64,000 bases of DNA from Cenococcum geophilum. Lineage: Eukaryota. Below, one piece after another: positions 60,901 to 64,000 of the stretch. The translations under genes and the position numbers were made by a program. The stretch is taken from contig CP158635.1 of assembly GCA_050273025.1 (NCBI GenBank), forward strand, positions 19,282,001 to 19,346,000, read 5' to 3'. Within the stretch, counting starts at the first letter, position 1. Each line of letters starts with the position of its first letter. Below the pieces are notes generated by a model. It was not told the origin of the DNA and did not search any database. It saw nothing but the letters and a program-made list of their open reading frames with translations.

Positions 60901-63900
60901 CTATTATAGATTATATATATAGATAATATATATATAATATATAAAAACCTAAAAGAAAAGAATTAGAAATACCCTATAAGGATATATTAGGTGCTAGATA
61001 AATAATAGTATAAAAATGCTAAGTATATATATAGCTGGCATCCAACAGAAGTTTAAGAGGAAGAAGATTTAATACTTTAACTAGGAAGATTCCTTATAAA
61101 AGAATACTTAGACGGATAATAATAGTGTGAATGCCTAAAAAATACGTATTTATAGTATATTAAAGATAAAAAGCGAACTAGGTATTAGCTAAAGAGTAAG
61201 CTAAGTATAATAGGATTAAACAGCCAATAGTTAGGAAAAGTAGAGGCCTATAAAACTAGGGGGAGCTAATAGTAAAGCCTTAGACCCTTAAAGGAATTTA
61301 AAAATAATACCTAAATTTATAAATTAAATGGTAAGATTAAAAGTTTAAAGTATTAATAGATAGTAGAGTAACGCGGAACTATATCTTACTAATAGCAGTT
61401 AAGAGAATAGGATTACCTTATAGATAGAAGGAATAGCCTTACCTATTAGTTATAATTTTAGGAGATCTAATAGCCTATAGAGGAGGGATTATTAATCTTA
61501 AAATAGGACCTATTTAGATAACCATTAAAGAAAAATTAATTAAAATATCTTTTAATATCCTACTATTAGGACGGGATAAGATAGTATTAGGTATACCTTA
61601 ATTATAGGAATATAATCTAAAGATTAATTAAATTATAGGATAAGTTAATATTAAAGATACTTAATAATATAAGATATAATAGCAGACTAAGTTAGTATAG
61701 TATTAAGTTAGAGTAATATATAAAGAGACTAAGTAAGGCTTAAGTTATATACTAAAAAGATACTATAAGTATAGTAAGAAACTATAAAGCTTAGAAAGTA
61801 AAAAGCTAGTAGAATATATAGTATAGGACTATAAGATAGAGTTAAAACTAAAAATAAGTCTAAGGTTCTTTCTAACCTATAAGCTTACTTAAGAGGAGGT
61901 AAGCGCACTTAAAGAGTTTATTTAAGAAAACTTATAAAAGGGATATATTAGACTATTATAGTTATTAGTAGGTTATCTAGTACTATTTATACTAAAGAAA
62001 AATAGGAAACTTAGGTTATATATTAACTATAAATAGTTAAATAGTATTACTTAAAAGAATAGGTATTCTTTACCCTTAATTAGTAAAATCTAAGACTAGA
62101 TAGGTAATACGTAAATCTTTATAAAGATAGATCTAAGATAGGCGTATTATTAGATTAAAATTAAAAAAGGTAATAAATAGAAGGCAGCCTTTAGGTTAAG
62201 AGAAGGACTATATAAACTATTAGTTATATAATTTAGATTAATAAATACACCTATAATATTTTAGAAAAGAATTAATAGTATATTAGAAGAACACCTTAAT
62301 AAGTTTATTATAGTATACCTTAATAATATTATTATTTACTTAATAACTAAGGAAGAATACGGGGAATATATTAAATGGGTTTTAAAGAGACTATAGGAAG
62401 AATAGATGCTAGTAGTAATTAAAAAATACAAGTTCTTTATAAGGAAGACTAATTTTATTAAATTTATTATTAAACTAGATTATATTAGTATAAACCTAAA
62501 GAAGATTAAAGCTATATTAAGTTAGCAAGAACTAGAAAATATAATACAGTTAAGGTTATTTTTAGGGTTTTATAATTACTATTAAAGGTTTATAGTATAA
62601 TAGTTAAAGAATATTAAACCTTTTACTAGACTTATAAAGAAAGAGAAACTATAGGTATAGGGAGATAAATAAAGGAAGTTGTTAAAGGAACTTAAGGAGT
62701 TGTTTACCTAGGAGCTAATCCTTAAGATTTATTAACTAGAATTAGATATAGTTATAAAAATAAACGTATTAAACTATATACTAAGAGTATACTTACTATA
62801 AAAGTATAAGGACGTATAGCACCTAGTAGTATACTATAGTAGGAAAATAACACTACTAGAGTTAAACTATAACGTCTATAATAAGAAGTTATTAGGTATA
62901 GTTATAGTACTTAAGGAATAGAAAGCATTTTTATAAAGCGTAAAAAAATTATTTATAATTAAAATAGATTATAAGAACCTAATAGGGTTTCTAATAATAA
63001 AAGAACTTAATTATAGATAGGTTAGATAGGTAGAGATACTTATAGAATACTATTTTAAAATTTAGTATATTAAAGGAACTAAGAATATAAAAGTAGACGC
63101 ACTTAGTAAAAAAGCTAAACTATAAAATAATAAAAAAAACTATTAGGAGTAATACTACGTAAAGATAATAATAGGTTAATTAAATATAATTACCCTAAGC
63201 TAGTAGTAACTTAAGAGGATAATAAACTAGAAAAAGTCTATAAGACACTAAAAAGCTTTTAGGTATAAAGAATTTTTAAAATATAGCTAGAAGAATAGTT
63301 AGAGTATCTAGAGAAAGAAATATTATATAAATATAGAGAAGTAAAGTATATCCTAAAGAGCATAGTAGAGCATTTTATAGAAGATTTCTATAAGGGAATA
63401 ACTTAAAGACATAATAGAGTAATAGGCTTAGTATTAAGACTTTAAGAAGAATATATTATTAATAGAATTTAAAATATCGCGAGAAAAGTAATAAAGGAGT
63501 ATCTAGATTGCTAAAGAAATAAATTAATAAGATATAAGTTATATAGAGGACTATAACCTATTAAAATACTAGAGAGACTATAGGAGGTTATATTATAGGA
63601 CTTTATTACTAAGTTACTAAAGTTAAGAGATCCTATTACTAGATAAGATTATAATATAATCTTAGTAATAGTAGACAAGTTAATTAAGTAGGGCTACTTT
63701 ATAGCATATACAGAAGAAATATTAGCAGAGGATATTGCTAGAATCTATATTAAAGAAGTATTTATAAGATATAGAGTACTAAGTAAGATTATATTAGATA
63801 GGGATTTAAGATTTATAGCAGCATTTTAGGAGGTATTTTTGGCAGAATAAGGGGTTTAAGTAGTAACTTCTATTATATACCACTTATAGACAGACGGTTA

Positions 63901-64000
63901 GATAGAAAGATTAAATTAGATATTAGAGCAGTATCTAAAATATTATATTAATTATATACAGAATAATTAGGTATTGCTATTACTAGTTATACAGTTTATA
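57918..64000 (+). mobile_element. Ty3/gypsy family A copy 3, runs off the window within integrase; second insertion in the captain gene
   Basis: 5' LTR 57918-58338 is the reverse complement of the A2 LTR; gag, protease, RT, RNase H and integrase are colinear with A2 on the opposite strand. Confidence 0.92.

Larger units (their letters stand above)
32286..64000 (-). mobile_element. Putative Starship relic (captain plus HET cargo) inflated by nested retrotransposons; 5' end outside the window, 3' boundary tentative
   Basis: DUF3435-type captain pseudogene followed in the same orientation by an intact HET gene, a hexamer-repeat tract, hairpins and a minus-strand TTAC at 32289-32286. Confidence 0.6.

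Overview
Filamentous ascomycete (Pezizomycotina-like) DNA. About 60 of the 64 kb is transposon sequence degraded by repeat-induced point mutation (RIP): TpA-rich, CpA/TpG-poor, with stop codons throughout. It forms two nests whose LTR pairs and 5-bp target-site duplications (TSDs) can still be read. Left nest (1-32222): an old Ty1/Copia element interrupted by a Crypton-type tyrosine-recombinase element, gypsy A1 and gypsy B1; B1 holds an un-RIPed solo LTR and GalEa-type Copia C1, which in turn holds gypsy B2. Right nest (36982-64000): gypsy A2 (holding GalEa elements D and C2) and gypsy A3. Both sit inside a RIP-inactivated gene that, once the insertions are removed, reads as a DUF3435 Starship 'captain' tyrosine recombinase (minus strand, 57917->57051 joined to 36981->36688). 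Downstream of the captain, a ~4 kb un-RIPed island carries the only intact gene, a 607-aa HET-6-like protein, followed by a candidate element end near 32286. Best reading: a small, immobilised Starship relic whose HET cargo survived. Also notable: a spliced antisense Zn-cluster/coiled-coil gene in gypsy family A, and a hairpin/CCAAT module shared by three unrelated retrotransposon families. All 'de-RIPed' protein sequences are my manual reconstructions; no database search was run.
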